A stretch of DNA of 63,791 nt, filler included, from Salisapilia sapeloensis CBS 127946 (Eukaryota > Protista > Oomycota), in NCBI GenBank assembly GCA_023334545.1. It is 6 parts of 6 records of this genome, joined end to end, with 100 filler letters (N's around TTAATTAATTAA, not from the genome) between each part and the next. Parts side by side here need not be neighbours in the genome. Positions count along the whole stretch, not along the records: positions 1 to 17,693 come from JAADVB010000335.1; positions 17,794 to 42,118 come from JAADVB010000261.1; 4 more parts are not named here. One strand, given 5' to 3'. Below, piece by piece: positions 12,247-23,516 of the stretch (its first letter is position 1; each line of letters begins with the position of its first letter). A program made the position numbers and the translations under genes. Under the pieces are notes generated by a model. That model searched no databases. It had not been told where the DNA came from and saw only the letters and a program-made list of their open reading frames with translations.

Positions 12247-13928
12247 ATGGCGCCGGTGATGGATGCCTTCGCCTACTTGGAGACGCTGCCAGGCGCAACT
12301 GTGGATCGACTATATGAAGATCCATGGGCGTGCCAAGCTGTGTTTCAGTCGCTCCCGTCCCTCGCACAGCAATTCTTACTTCGTCTACTCACTTGCGAGA
12401 CATCCATTTCGGTCCAAATGCTCCAAGCTTGGCTACGTCCAATGCCAACCGCAGACTCGAAACAAAAGGTTCCGCCAGCCTTCCAGATTGCTATCAACAA
12501 GCTACTAGCTCTACGTGTTTTCTTACAAGAAACACCAACTACATACCGACTAAATCAACACTTTGTCCAACAATTACGAGTAATCCTTCCTATCCAGTGC
12601 TATGCCGAGAGAGTGAGTCTAACACTAGCGTAGTACGCGTTGAGTCATTTAGGCGGATCACCGTGGGAAGCAGGGAGACAAAAGCTGCCTACAGACGGAG
12701 ACAAGTTCTCTCCTGCCGATCTGGAAAAATATGCTCGATCTAGATGGGACTCGGTGCTGCACTTCATGGTCGGTTCCACGGCCGTGAAAGACCCACCACA
12801 GCTAGTAATCGATATCTTACTTCGCACGGAGCTCATGCAGCAATCTGGTAATGGATCTGCGCTTCATATCACCAATACAGGATATGAGTTCATGCTCAAG
12901 GACGTGCATGCTCAAATGTGGACATTTATGCTGGAGTACATTAAAACAATCGATGAAGCCGGCATGCTCCAGAAGGAAGACATTCTCAATTTCCTCTTCC
13001 AGATTAGGTACACTTTCTTTTCTTTTTTACACTCGACGCACGTTCCCATCCTCTTTTGAGTGCAGTTATTGCCAGACGAATCAGTATTACGCGACATCCG
13101 ATCTGACAGAGCCGCAGCAGAGACTGCTGGGTGACTTTACCAACTTTGGTCTCTTGTATCGGCAACGACACGACTCGGATCGCTTTTATACCACAAGCTT
13201 TGCGGTCAACCTCATCTTTGGTGGCGCATCCGGTCAGATGAGAAATGTTGCGCCGAGTCTGGAGCAGGTAGCTATGGCTCGTTTCTTTCTCGATCTATTT
13301 GGTTCTTACAATCAATTAGGGCCGGGAGATGACTGCGGAAGAAGCAGTGGATGCTGGAGCAGAACTTCTGGTTGTGGTAGAGACCAATTTCAAGGTGTAT
13401 GCGTACACGACGTCGTCGCTGCACATTGCCATGCTGAGTGTGTTTGTGGATTTGGTGGCCAAGTTACCGAATCTCGCGATCGGGTTCATCACGCGAGAGA
13501 GTCTCCGATCTGCACTGATCAACGGCATCTCTGCACAGCAGATCTATGACTTTTTGATGAAGCACGCGCACCCGAAGATGAAACTCAACTCTCCCGTGAT
13601 CCCAGAGAACATTGCAGACCAAATTTATTTATGGGAGGTACGTAGCTCTCGTCTCTTGGCGGGAAAAATTCAAAGTTGCCGTTGGAATGCAAATGAACTG
13701 ACATTCACTCACATGTGCAATCCATAGAGGGAACGGAACCGTGTCCAGTTTTTCGAAGGATTGCTCTTCGATGGGTTCAACTCGAAAGAGGATTATGAAA
13801 AGGTGATCGAGTTTGCGAATAAGCACAAGGTACTCACGTGGAGCGATCCAGTGCACTTCAAGTTGACAGTGGCCACTGCAGGCGTAGATCGCGTTCGTGA
13901 CTTTATCCAGAATAATTTGACCGCTTGA
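12247..13928 (+). CDS. GTF2H4: TFIIH core subunit p52/Tfb2, 5 exons
   Basis: LYEDPWACQAVFQSLP, WDSVLHFMVG, ITNTGYEFML, VVETNFKVYAYT, ITRESLRSALINGISAQQI and IPENIADQIYLWE. Splicing gives the C-terminus RVRDFIQNNLTA*. Confidence 0.95.
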
Positions 13929-14845
13929 TTCCGTTTGCAATGACCGAATAGAAACTTTTCATTGTCTTTGCCTCGAGTTGACAAGTCGGTGTTGGTGCCA
14001 GGCAGACGCGATGACAAGTAGCAGTAATCTTAGCCCGTTTCCGCCACTGTCCGATTGCGTGGAACAAGTAGGGCGCCTACCGTGAGCATTAGTTGACGAT
14101 TGCACCTCGCTGACTTGACGCCCGTTCATGACCCGAGTGACGGTTGACTTGGGATGCTCGTATTCTGGATAGTCTAAATACTGGTTGTTTGTAGCTTTTT
14201 ATCTTTCATGCATGTGTCGGTTCGTTAAAACTGTCGCATTGGAAATCCAGGAAAGTTGGATCGCAAAAAAGGTCATGGAGGGTGGAGACCAGGGCCTCGG
14301 TTGACTGGTCTGGTAAACAATCCTGATATTCTGTCATAACTTACTATCTACTTTCAAGCCATGCAGTGTACTTTTGTCGAACAATTCGGTACAATCGCAC
14401 GGTCTGGCGGAAGAAAGGAGTTGAAAAGAACAGAAGGAAAGTTTCCTCTTCGTCGTGTTACCTCACGCGGCAACAAGTGTAGAAAGGGTCGTGAAACCAC
14501 CAGGCGTCGGGCACCTACTTACTCTCTGTGACTCTACGCGTCCACTCTCCAGCAGCCAAAAAGTATCATTCTGAAACGGATCGCAAACCCCCCAAACTCC
14601 ACTATCACTCGCGCCCTTTCACATCAAACACAGTCCGTCCATAAAAGCAAAAGGGAAACCCCGCATTTCTTCATTGCCTTCGAACCTCTGCCAAGGTTTC
14701 TACCAAAGACTCGATTTTTTCACGCCGACGGACATACCTACCTTTGAACGGCAGAGAGCACCGCTCCAAACTAGAGACAAGTCGAGAGATTTCCATCTCG
14801 ACGATTACACACCACATTCGCTTTATCGGCCGCGCGGGAAACACC

Positions 14846-16473
14846 ATGGAGGTACGCTCTTGGGCCAAGATCAACGCCCAAGGAGATGCCTACAGTCCGC
14901 GCACGGGCCACACCGTCGCTAGCAACGGTACGATGTTTCCCGCACTCTTTTTATAGTAACTTCAACCTTACCGTTCTGTGTCATGTAGACGGTAGAGTAT
15001 ACGTCTTTGGCGGCACGGATCGACGGCGTCGACAGCAAGATCTCTACCAGTTCGACATAGGTATTTCCACTTATATTCTTTGTACATTGGTCCATGCTAA
15101 CTTTGGAAATGTGATGCAGCAACGGGTCGCTGGTCGCAGTTGCAGGCAAGAGGTCCACTACCACCACGTCGTTCAGGAGCTCTTAGTGTTGTGCATGACA
15201 ATCGCATGTTCCTCTTCGGTGGATACGATGGCCGCGATGGCAACTACTTTAACGATCTCTTCTACTTTAACTTTGGTACGTCCGAGACTTTCCATGTGAT
15301 GGTTATCTTCTAATCTTCTTTACAGAGTCGCAGCGGTGGGATGAAATGCCTAGTATACCCGGAGACAGACCAGAAGCACGCACAGACCACATCATGGTTC
15401 TGCATCTCAATAGTATCTATATCTTCGGCGGATACAATGGCGTCAGTCGATTCAATGACCTCTGCCGCTATGACGTCAACCGCCGGCGGTGGAGACGTGT
15501 AGAGCCTCGCGGCACTGCTCCAACTAGACGCTTTGGACACAGTGGCGTCGTGCATGAAAGTTCTAACCGACTCATTGTCTTTGGTGGCTGGGATGGTCGT
15601 GATACCCTGAACGATCTTTACGAATACTCGTTCAGTTCGAAGGAGTGGAAGAAGATGGAAGCCTTTGGCACGAGCCCACCTCATCGGTATCGCCACACCG
15701 CTGTCATCTACGGTGACAACATGTTTGTGTTTGGTGGCGTCGACAAGGCACACAGCCGCTTTAACGACTTGCAGCGATTCGACTTGAAGACGAACACTTG
15801 GACGGAAGTGTGCACGAATGGGGCCATCCCTAGCAGTCGCACCTTTCACCGTGCTGTCGTCGTTCATAGCAGAATGTATTTGCTTGGAGGGTATGATGGC
15901 GCAGAGAGGCTCCAAGACCTCTACTCGATCAATGTTGGCGCAGTTTCTCCTCCTTCACTATTAGAGCTCTGTGCTGACAATGCGCGTCGAAACATCGACC
16001 CCATCTTGGCCACCACGACCTTCAAAGGCGTTCCAGACGGTACCTATGCCTTTTCGATATGTGATGTCGGCGGTATCTAACTTTGCTTTATAGATTTACT
16101 AAGTCACGTGATCTTCGCAAGAGACGACGATAACCAGTTGCGTAGCAAGTGCAAAGTGTGTCGTACTGGTCGCTGCCGAGTGTACTGCCCTCGTACACCG
16201 GATAACACATTTACAGGTAGTCGGGCGGATGCTTCGAGAGAAAAGTTTTCTCGTCGCGCAATGTGCTCTTGTGGTCATGGCGCGAACCATCATGAATTGG
16301 TGGACGAAGCGCGTTTATACGGCAAGCGTGCACCGGATTCAGCATCCAAAGTGATGATGCTGTGTGGCACGATTTACAAGCGACTCTTCGACGCCACAAA
16401 CCCTTCGTCGATGGTTTTATCATCTCCTCGTCGTCGGTTCTCGGACGTGAGTGCTGGCGACAAGGACTTTTAG
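14846..16473 (+). CDS. Kelch-repeat protein (KLHDC3/LZTR1-like) with BC-box-like motif and Cys/His C-terminus, multi-exon
   Basis: Repeated R-x-x-H...FGG units, SPPSLLELCADNA...VPDDLL after the propeller, and a last exon with CKVC..C..C..CSCGH..HH. Confidence 0.85.
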
Positions 16474-17125
16474 AGCAGAAGACTTGAAGCTGAGCGAAGG
16501 GAGCAAGAATCGCGTTTTGAGGACAAAGATTCGAAAGTTATGAGCGAGCACGAGCGGAATGCTGGCTGGTGCATTTTTCATTTTACTTTGAGATTCAAGG
16601 CTCTCTCGTCTCGTCTTTCCCAGACGAGTAAATTAGCGTAGAGAATACTTAGCTTAGATTGGGAAGATAAAGGGACGGGAGAGAAGCGGAGGTAATATCA
16701 TCGCAGGAGAACAATAGGAAACTACCGCTTTGCTTATTTTACTTTAGGGTTTCTCCTTGCTTGTACTTGATTCGGGTGAGTTGATAAAGTGACTAGCAAT
16801 CCAATTCGTTCATCAAACTTATAATTCTGATCACTAGAAGTACGTTCCTGCCATCTACCACGGCACTACTTACTGTAGATTAGACTACCTCTAGAAATTA
16901 TATACAGCAATGGGACCGCATTGAAGATAGAGGAGTATGTTGCTAGAGCAATTGGTAGTTCGCAGCTCGAATGTCGAATGATTGAGTCACTTTTAATTTA
17001 CTCATTTGGTGCCATTTCAGATCAACCTTCAAAATGGCTACTTTACATAGAATATAGCATTAACTTTTATAACTGTCTGCACTTGATGAATAAAAATTGG
17101 TCTCATTAAATTCGAGATGATACGT

Positions 17126-17693
17126 TTACTGCCTTTTGAGCCATGGAGGGAGGATGCTTCCGAATAGAGGAATTTTGATACTGTCCACTTCGCTTTTCAG
17201 CGGCACTCGCAGCAACGCATCATCCACAAACGCACTTTCGCGTGTTGGGACTTCAATTTCTCCCGTGCCGAGTTCTACCCACTGGGCTTGACGCTCTTCC
17301 ATGTCCACTGGTCCAATCTCCGTTCCCTTTTCTTGGAATTTCGGCGCTTCACCAACGTACAGCACTTTGCTTGCGCCCATGACGCTAGAGGAAAGAGTGC
17401 CCTTCGTTTGCACCACAGTGGTTCCGTGACCAGTTACATTGACTTTTGTCCAGTCGGACATGAGATCGGCACTGTCGACGAACCCACTGCCGATGATAGT
17501 AATCTTCTGCTTTCCCAGACCTTCGTGCTCTCGGTGGAGCATGCTGCTACTCCTGCGAGACATACGAGAGAGCATCTCGTCCTGCGACATGGCAGACCGA
17601 AGACGCACATCTCCTGAGCCAGCGATCGACAGCTTGCTCTTCTTCACACCAATCGTGTCTTTCGTCAGGATGTCGACGTTGCCAGCTCCTGCC
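17126..17693 (-). CDS. DUF2807 (GIN/adhesin-head-like) repeat protein, 5'-truncated by contig end
   Basis: AGAGNVDI, LSIAGSGDV, ITIIGSGFV, VNVTGHGTTVV and GTLSSSVMGASKVLYVGEAP repeats. The frame is open up to the linker. Confidence 0.7.
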
Positions 17694-17793
17694 NNNNNNN
17701 NNNNNNNNNNNNNNNNNNNNNNNNNNNNNNNNNNNNNTTAATTAATTAANNNNNNNNNNNNNNNNNNNNNNNNNNNNNNNNNNNNNNNNNNNN
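17694..17793. other. Artificial contig linker N44-TTAATTAATTAA-N44
   Basis: The same 100-bp six-frame-stop spacer occurs five times in the window. Confidence 0.99.
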
Positions 17794-18016
17794 CTTGTTG
17801 TACGTGACTTACGTCAATACCACAATGTCGACTCCTGGTTTGGAACGGACGCACCATCTGCACCCTGGAAATAATGACTGACCGAAGCCAGCCACCAGCC
17901 CAACACATTTTTCGGAAGCGACAAAGTCAATATACTCTAACTCGTTTTCGTTTGTATGGGTGATCGAGCTAGTTTGGAGGAGTGCAGATTGCTTTAAAAA
18001 AGTCCTACAGAGATGT
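17794..18016. repeat. Left copy of the inverted repeat bounding contig C2
   Basis: 17794-17934 is the exact reverse complement of 41978-42118. After an indel, similarity continues to about 18016/41862. Confidence 0.95.
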
Positions 18017-18030
18017 GTGTATTTTTCATT

Positions 18031-18537
18031 TTATATGAGCTGCTTTTGCACTCGATTCATTAAGCTCGCTGGTACAATGGTGATGGGCATTTTCAATCTG
18101 ACTTCCTTTGCCCAAGTAAAATGCAGTTTTACTCTGATAGAATAGTCAAGTTCCACCAGATAGCCGTCCACAGTTGGCTGCACTGCTTTTTTTCGAGCCC
18201 ATCGGTAAATGAATGTCGAAGTGATGAGCTCCATCAGAGGTCTCGCCCTTGTAACTTAGCGGGATTACTCTTGTGGAAATCTCCAAAATCTGCAAAATGC
18301 CGCCAACAGTATCAATGCGCTGATGCAATTCACCCCACAAAGAGACTGCCACGATCTTAAAGTCTTAAAATAAATAGCTTCGAAGGTTCACGAAAACTGT
18401 CGCTCGTGTTCGAACACCGTACACATCCCGATCGGTATGAGCATGAATATAGTAGTCCTTTTTCTCCACCAGAAGCAAGCGAATAACGCTGGCCTGAATT
18501 TTTTCGGCACAGACTTCATAAAATCCAGGGTTTCCGT
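18031..18537 (-). pseudogene. Arrestin-like pseudogene (C-terminal half only)
   Basis: Aligns to the two neighbouring paralogs (HTDRDVYG, HHFDI, KLHFTWAKEVRL). It has frameshifts in T-runs at 18187-18193 and 18499-18504, an in-frame TAA at 18365-18367, and no N-terminal exons. Confidence 0.85.
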
Positions 18538-19149
18538 ATGACGGGTATCTTTTTCTCGATTATGATGTGACGAAACCGAGTCTTAAGTATGCAGTAGGTT
18601 TAGGAATTTTCCTATTCATGTTCCTATTAATATCCACATATCATGGTCATAGTGAAAGGAAGTGAGAAATCATGTTATTACTCGAGGGCAAGTTGCCAGT
18701 GTGTCCAAAGTCAAACCGACAGAATAACCAAAAGTAAACAAGAATAGAAAATGTGTGCATGAATACACCGTTTAAGGTATCGTTTTAGTCCATGGAAAAT
18801 GCAGGACCCACTGCATTCTTGAGCCAAACTTAGACGTTAATGGTGTGTTCGTTGAGCGGATAGTAGGGTGTCAACCAGGGAGCATTAGGCTTTATATGAA
18901 CAAACACGCAGAAACTGTGATAAAAATCGGTGCCTAAGCCTTTGGCGGCTCGTCCTGCTCTTACATTGCTGTTCTTCTTTCTATTCCTATCCACGTATAT
19001 CGTCCGTTCTTCTATCATGCCTTGGCTGGGAATGGTGTCGAGCGTATTTTCAGAAGCCCTTCGGATTGAAGTTTCATTCGATTTACTCGCAACATTGAGC
19101 TTTTCGCCATTTTAGTGGGACGGAGTACAGTGTGTGTCACATATGTCAT

Positions 19150-19585
19150 TTAATTATTCCGTTCACCACTGTACTACGCCTGTTCCGAAATAATAGCGAA
19201 GAGCTCAATAACGCAAATAAATGGAAGAGCTCATCAAACCTCCCGCGCTTTTTCATATCTGCACATTTCGAGCACCAGGCGTAACCTAGAGCTTTTTCGA
19301 AGTTCGTTTCCTCGTGATTGCATCCAAGACGAAGACAGAGATAGATCAAAAAGAAGCAACGTCGTATTCGTTGCGAGGACAATCGGAGATTATGCGAGGC
19401 GAAATATGCACTATGAGAATGAGCATGTGCGAGCTGTGATCGGTATTGTGCCTCTTGAATCAGCCTGACTGAAATCGACGAAACGGTAGATAATGTCGAA
19501 GGGTAATCGATTCAGGTCTATGTCGCTCCAAGAATATTATTTATATGCTGTAATTCCCACACAGATCGTGCTACAGCGAGCATGA
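19150..19585. repeat. Dispersed repeat or relic gene, copy 1
   Basis: Shares blocks such as TGTTCCGAAATAATAGCGAA, GCACATTTCGAGCACCAGGCGTAAC and GCTACAGCGAGCAT with 49500-49850. Confidence 0.8.
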
Positions 19586-20130
19586 CAATGGAACCCTCAA
19601 TTACAACAGGATGGAGCTCGAGGGGCGAGATGTATTAACAATATGAAGCCACATCTCCACCGATTGCAGAGGCTACTCGCTTTGTAGTCCTCATTAGGCG
19701 GAAATTTTTTGTGGACATGTTATGAAAGATTCCAATGTCATGTAGCTAATCCGAATCGGCAATTCTAAGCGAATGTGGAGTTGCCCGATTCGATTATCAT
19801 GAATAGAATCACAAAAGCTGATTCCTTAATTTTGTCAAACTGGTATCTAGCGTGAGCACGGCCCTATTTAAGTTTGAGATTTGTTTTACCGACAAATATA
19901 CTAAGCTTGTGCAGGCCCCATGCGAAGCACTTCTCTCTTGCTATACGAATCGGAAGAATAGAGGATTGGTATAGGCGACATTAAGTTCTAGGACAACGAT
20001 CGGTGGCTTTTCACATTCCATCGATCGTTTTTGTAAAGCACTGAAAATACTGGACATAATAATCTACGTGAGAATCAAAACTTTCGATGTATAAACCAAG
20101 CCAAACTTTCTTTCGTATAGTGTCAATTAT

Positions 20131-21184
20131 TCACTTGGGCTGCATTTTCACTCGACCCAACAATTCCTTCGATATAAGGGTGACAGGTAGTTCCAGTCTG
20201 ATGTCCTTTGCCCAAGTAGCATGCAGCTTTATCCTGAAGACATACTCAAGATCCGTAAGGTTGCCTTCCATAGAAGGCTGCAAGTTTCCGTTTAAATCCA
20301 CAAGCGTTTGAATATCAAACGTGTGCTCTCCATCAAAACTTTCGCCCTGCTTACTTGGAGGGAATTCTTTTTCGGCAATCGAACGCTTTCCATTGCCCCC
20401 GTAGCCTCGACAGCGATAGTACGCCCTACCATACAGACCAACGGTCACGGCTTTAAAGTCTTGAGACGATTTATTTTCCACACTAAAGTAAAGTGTGGCT
20501 TTCTCTCCAGCAGCGTACACATCTCGAGCAGTATGAGCACGAACAATAAGTCCCCCTTTATCCACCACCAGCAAGCGAGAAACATTTGTCTGAATTTCAT
20601 CCGACAAGGGTTTCATAATGGCCGGTGGCTTCTGAAAGATCTGAACTTCTTTGTGGGCTTTAATGCTCCGAGCAAAAAACTTTGACACCTTTGCGATAGC
20701 TCGCAGTTCGTAATTCACTGTGGCTCTCCATGGAGGGTTGCTACCTAGAATCGTCCGCTTCTTTTCAAAGGCGTTCATGGAGCCAGGAAGATCATCTTCG
20801 AGTTGGTAACTGAAGGGAAACTCATATGATCCAGGCTCCAAGGTTTCTTCCTTGGCTGATAACATGTACTACGTAGATACTGTTAATAGATGTCCGTCAA
20901 ATATAAAGAGAGTGGAAATACCTTGAAATCTAGAACCACGCATGACTCGTAGATTCTACCTTTTTCCTTTTGCCGACTGGTATATTCCCATCCGAAAAAT
21001 TGAACATAGATCTCTACAACAATCAATTTATTAGACAATGCACGCACGAGTAGTAGTTCGTCTTGATGTCACTTTTGCATTCAAACGGCTTGATAATGTG
21101 GATGGTAATTTTGCCACTTATGACATCTCCAGCAGTATGCGTTTTCTGGTCCAGTTCGATGTTAATCGAGTTGGAAGGGCTCAT
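20131..21184 (-). CDS. Arrestin-like (Arrestin_N/Arrestin_C) protein, 3 exons
   Basis: MSPSNSINIELDQKTHTAGDVISGKITI, LEPGSYEFPFSYQLEDDLPGSM, YVFRIKLHATWAKDIRLELPVTL. Two GT-AG introns. Confidence 0.85.
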
Positions 21185-22141
21185 CTTGACTGCGCTGACA
21201 CTTGTCTACTCCGTGTCGAGTTTTAAAATGATGCTGGGCCAACTATCAAACCAATAAATCAAGTCGAGACCTTCAATTAATGCATAAACGTGTCCATTTT
21301 CATTACTACCAGAAACTTGGGAAATCAATTTTTCACGCGTTTTGATCGTGGACACAGCAGATACCCTCGGGAGAGAGGTGAAATTCGAGGTTTCGACGCG
21401 ATGCATGGAATAGACAGGTACATGAAGAAGGTTGCTTTCTATACAAAGCGTCATAATAAAGCGAGAACGGCGAGTTGGGTGCGGTCATCGGGGAGTAACA
21501 GAGACCGCACCTATCAACGAAATGAACCTACCGCGATACAGAGACGGTGCGGATATGAATGAAACAAGACAGTGACAGTTTCCGAGGAGGTTCATTTGTG
21601 TCTATGTAGAGCATCACCAACGATTGAACCTATAACAGGTTTTAACGCGGCCTTTTAGATCCCCAAAATAAAACAAAATCAATAGCATGGCCGTGCTTAC
21701 CACCGGTAGAGTTTTATATCATTATGGTGCTGGATATTAGTGATCGGTACTTAGTCTCATGTAAGACATAACGCAATATAACACAATTTCCCTTCTCCTA
21801 CAAGCAAAGAGTGTGCGAGTTGCTCTATCTCCGCCACTGACCATTCCGTTCCTTTGCCCATTTTGCTTCCCTTCAAATGAAATATCCTGTAGCTATGCTA
21901 TTTTAGATGCATGCCTGGTTGAGTCCAGGCATATCGAAGACTTAATTTGAGTTCCAAATTTAAAAATTTAAGACCTCCGCAGGTAAAAACATCTCTTATG
22001 ATTGATGGGTGCACATGCACTTGGATTTAAAAGCTGTTTTATAGGTTAAAACGTCAATAGATCCGACCAGTGGTGATGCTCTTAAAATTAACTAGATCTA
22101 TTTAAGGACTTCAATGTGCCACAGTTTGCGAGTAACAATTT

Positions 22142-23197
22142 TTATTCACTTGGCTGCAGCTGCACTCGACTCAGCAGCTGCTCTGGTACAATGACAATCG
22201 GCAACTCCAATCTGACGTCCTTTGCCCACGTAGCATGCAGCTTTATCAAGAAAAAATAGGCAAGTTCCACTCTGTCACCTTTCAAAGATGGCTGCAATAA
22301 CTTTTTTGAGTCTGTAGGCATTTGAATGTCAAATGTGTGTCTTCCATCCATACTTTTGCCCCGGTTGCTTGGAGGAATTTCCTTTTCGGCAATCGTAATC
22401 GTCTCCTTGCCCGTGTGGCCACCACAGCGCTGAGAGAGTCTACCACATAAACAGACTTTCACGGCTTTAAAGTCTTGTGATGAGTTGTTTTCCACACTAA
22501 AGCAAACGGTCGCTTGCTCTCCAAGGCCATAAACATCTCGATCGGTATGGGCACGAACGTGGCAATCGCCTTTCTTTATCAATAGGAACTGAGAAATGGT
22601 GGCGTGAATTTTATTCGACACAGGCTTCATAGTAGTCGGAGGTTTCTGTAGGATATGCAGCTCTTGCTTAGCTTTGATATTAAATGCAAAGATTTTGGAC
22701 GTCTCTGCGACTGCTTTCATCTTATAAGTCACTGTGGCATCCATTGCGGTGCTGCGGAAGAAACTCCGCTCCATGGCAGAGGTACTCATGGAAGCAGGAA
22801 TATCATCCTTGAGACGGTAATCAAAGGGATAAGTGTACGATCCAGGCTGAAAGGTACCCTCCGTACTTGACAATGCGATCTAAAAAAGTATGTAAGTGGG
22901 CAAGCAGTGAAAACGTAAATGTGGAGAGCATCGGTGCCTTGTCTTTTAAAACGTGGGTAGTACTTTGGACCGGCCCGTTCGAAGTGTGCTCTTCTACTAT
23001 TTCTTTTCCCCGGATCTCAAGATAAACACCTACAAATATCGACTTAGTTGGCGTACGAACGAGTCCGACGTGATCTTGAGATCACCTTTGCACTCAAAAG
23101 GCGTAGCCGTGTGCACAGTTATCTTGCCACTAATGAGCTGTCCACCAGTATACATTTCCTGGTCTAAATTGACGTCAATCCGATTCGAGGCGCTCAT
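22142..23197 (-). CDS. Arrestin-like protein, tandem paralog, 3 exons (intron 2 is GC-AG)
   Basis: MSASNRIDVNLDQEMYTGGQLISGKITV, FQPGSYTYPFDYRLKDDIPASM, YFFLIKLHATWAKDVRLELPI. Confidence 0.8.
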
Positions 23198-23516
23198 ATT
23201 GACTATTATGACTCGTATTTTCTTCTTCACGCGTGTTGAAATGATCTCTTAAGCAAACAGGAAGTTTAGACATTTGTAGAAACTTGGCCATCAAAAACGA
23301 AATTTATTTCGAATTTGTCCTAAACCCGAGATTTTTTATTTGGACATCCAAATAAATATTGACATAGCATCAAGTGATCGAAAATGGATTCTAAACACGA
23401 CTTTATATCGATTTAAGTAGGAGCTACTTTGGCTTAAGCTAGTCTCTCTCTCTTCTTCTCCACTTCCCATTACAAACGTCAGATAGCTTTCACGTTATTC
23501 ATATCAGGCTAGAACT

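Noticed and set aside
17738-17749. TTAATTAATTAA palindrome repeated five times in the window
   Set aside because: It always sits between two N44 runs and is a synthetic six-frame-stop contig linker, not biology.
21911-21932. ATGCCTGG-6nt-CCAGGCAT hairpin between arrestin copies
   Set aside because: A single 8-bp stem with no second copy or functional context. This is expected occasionally by chance.
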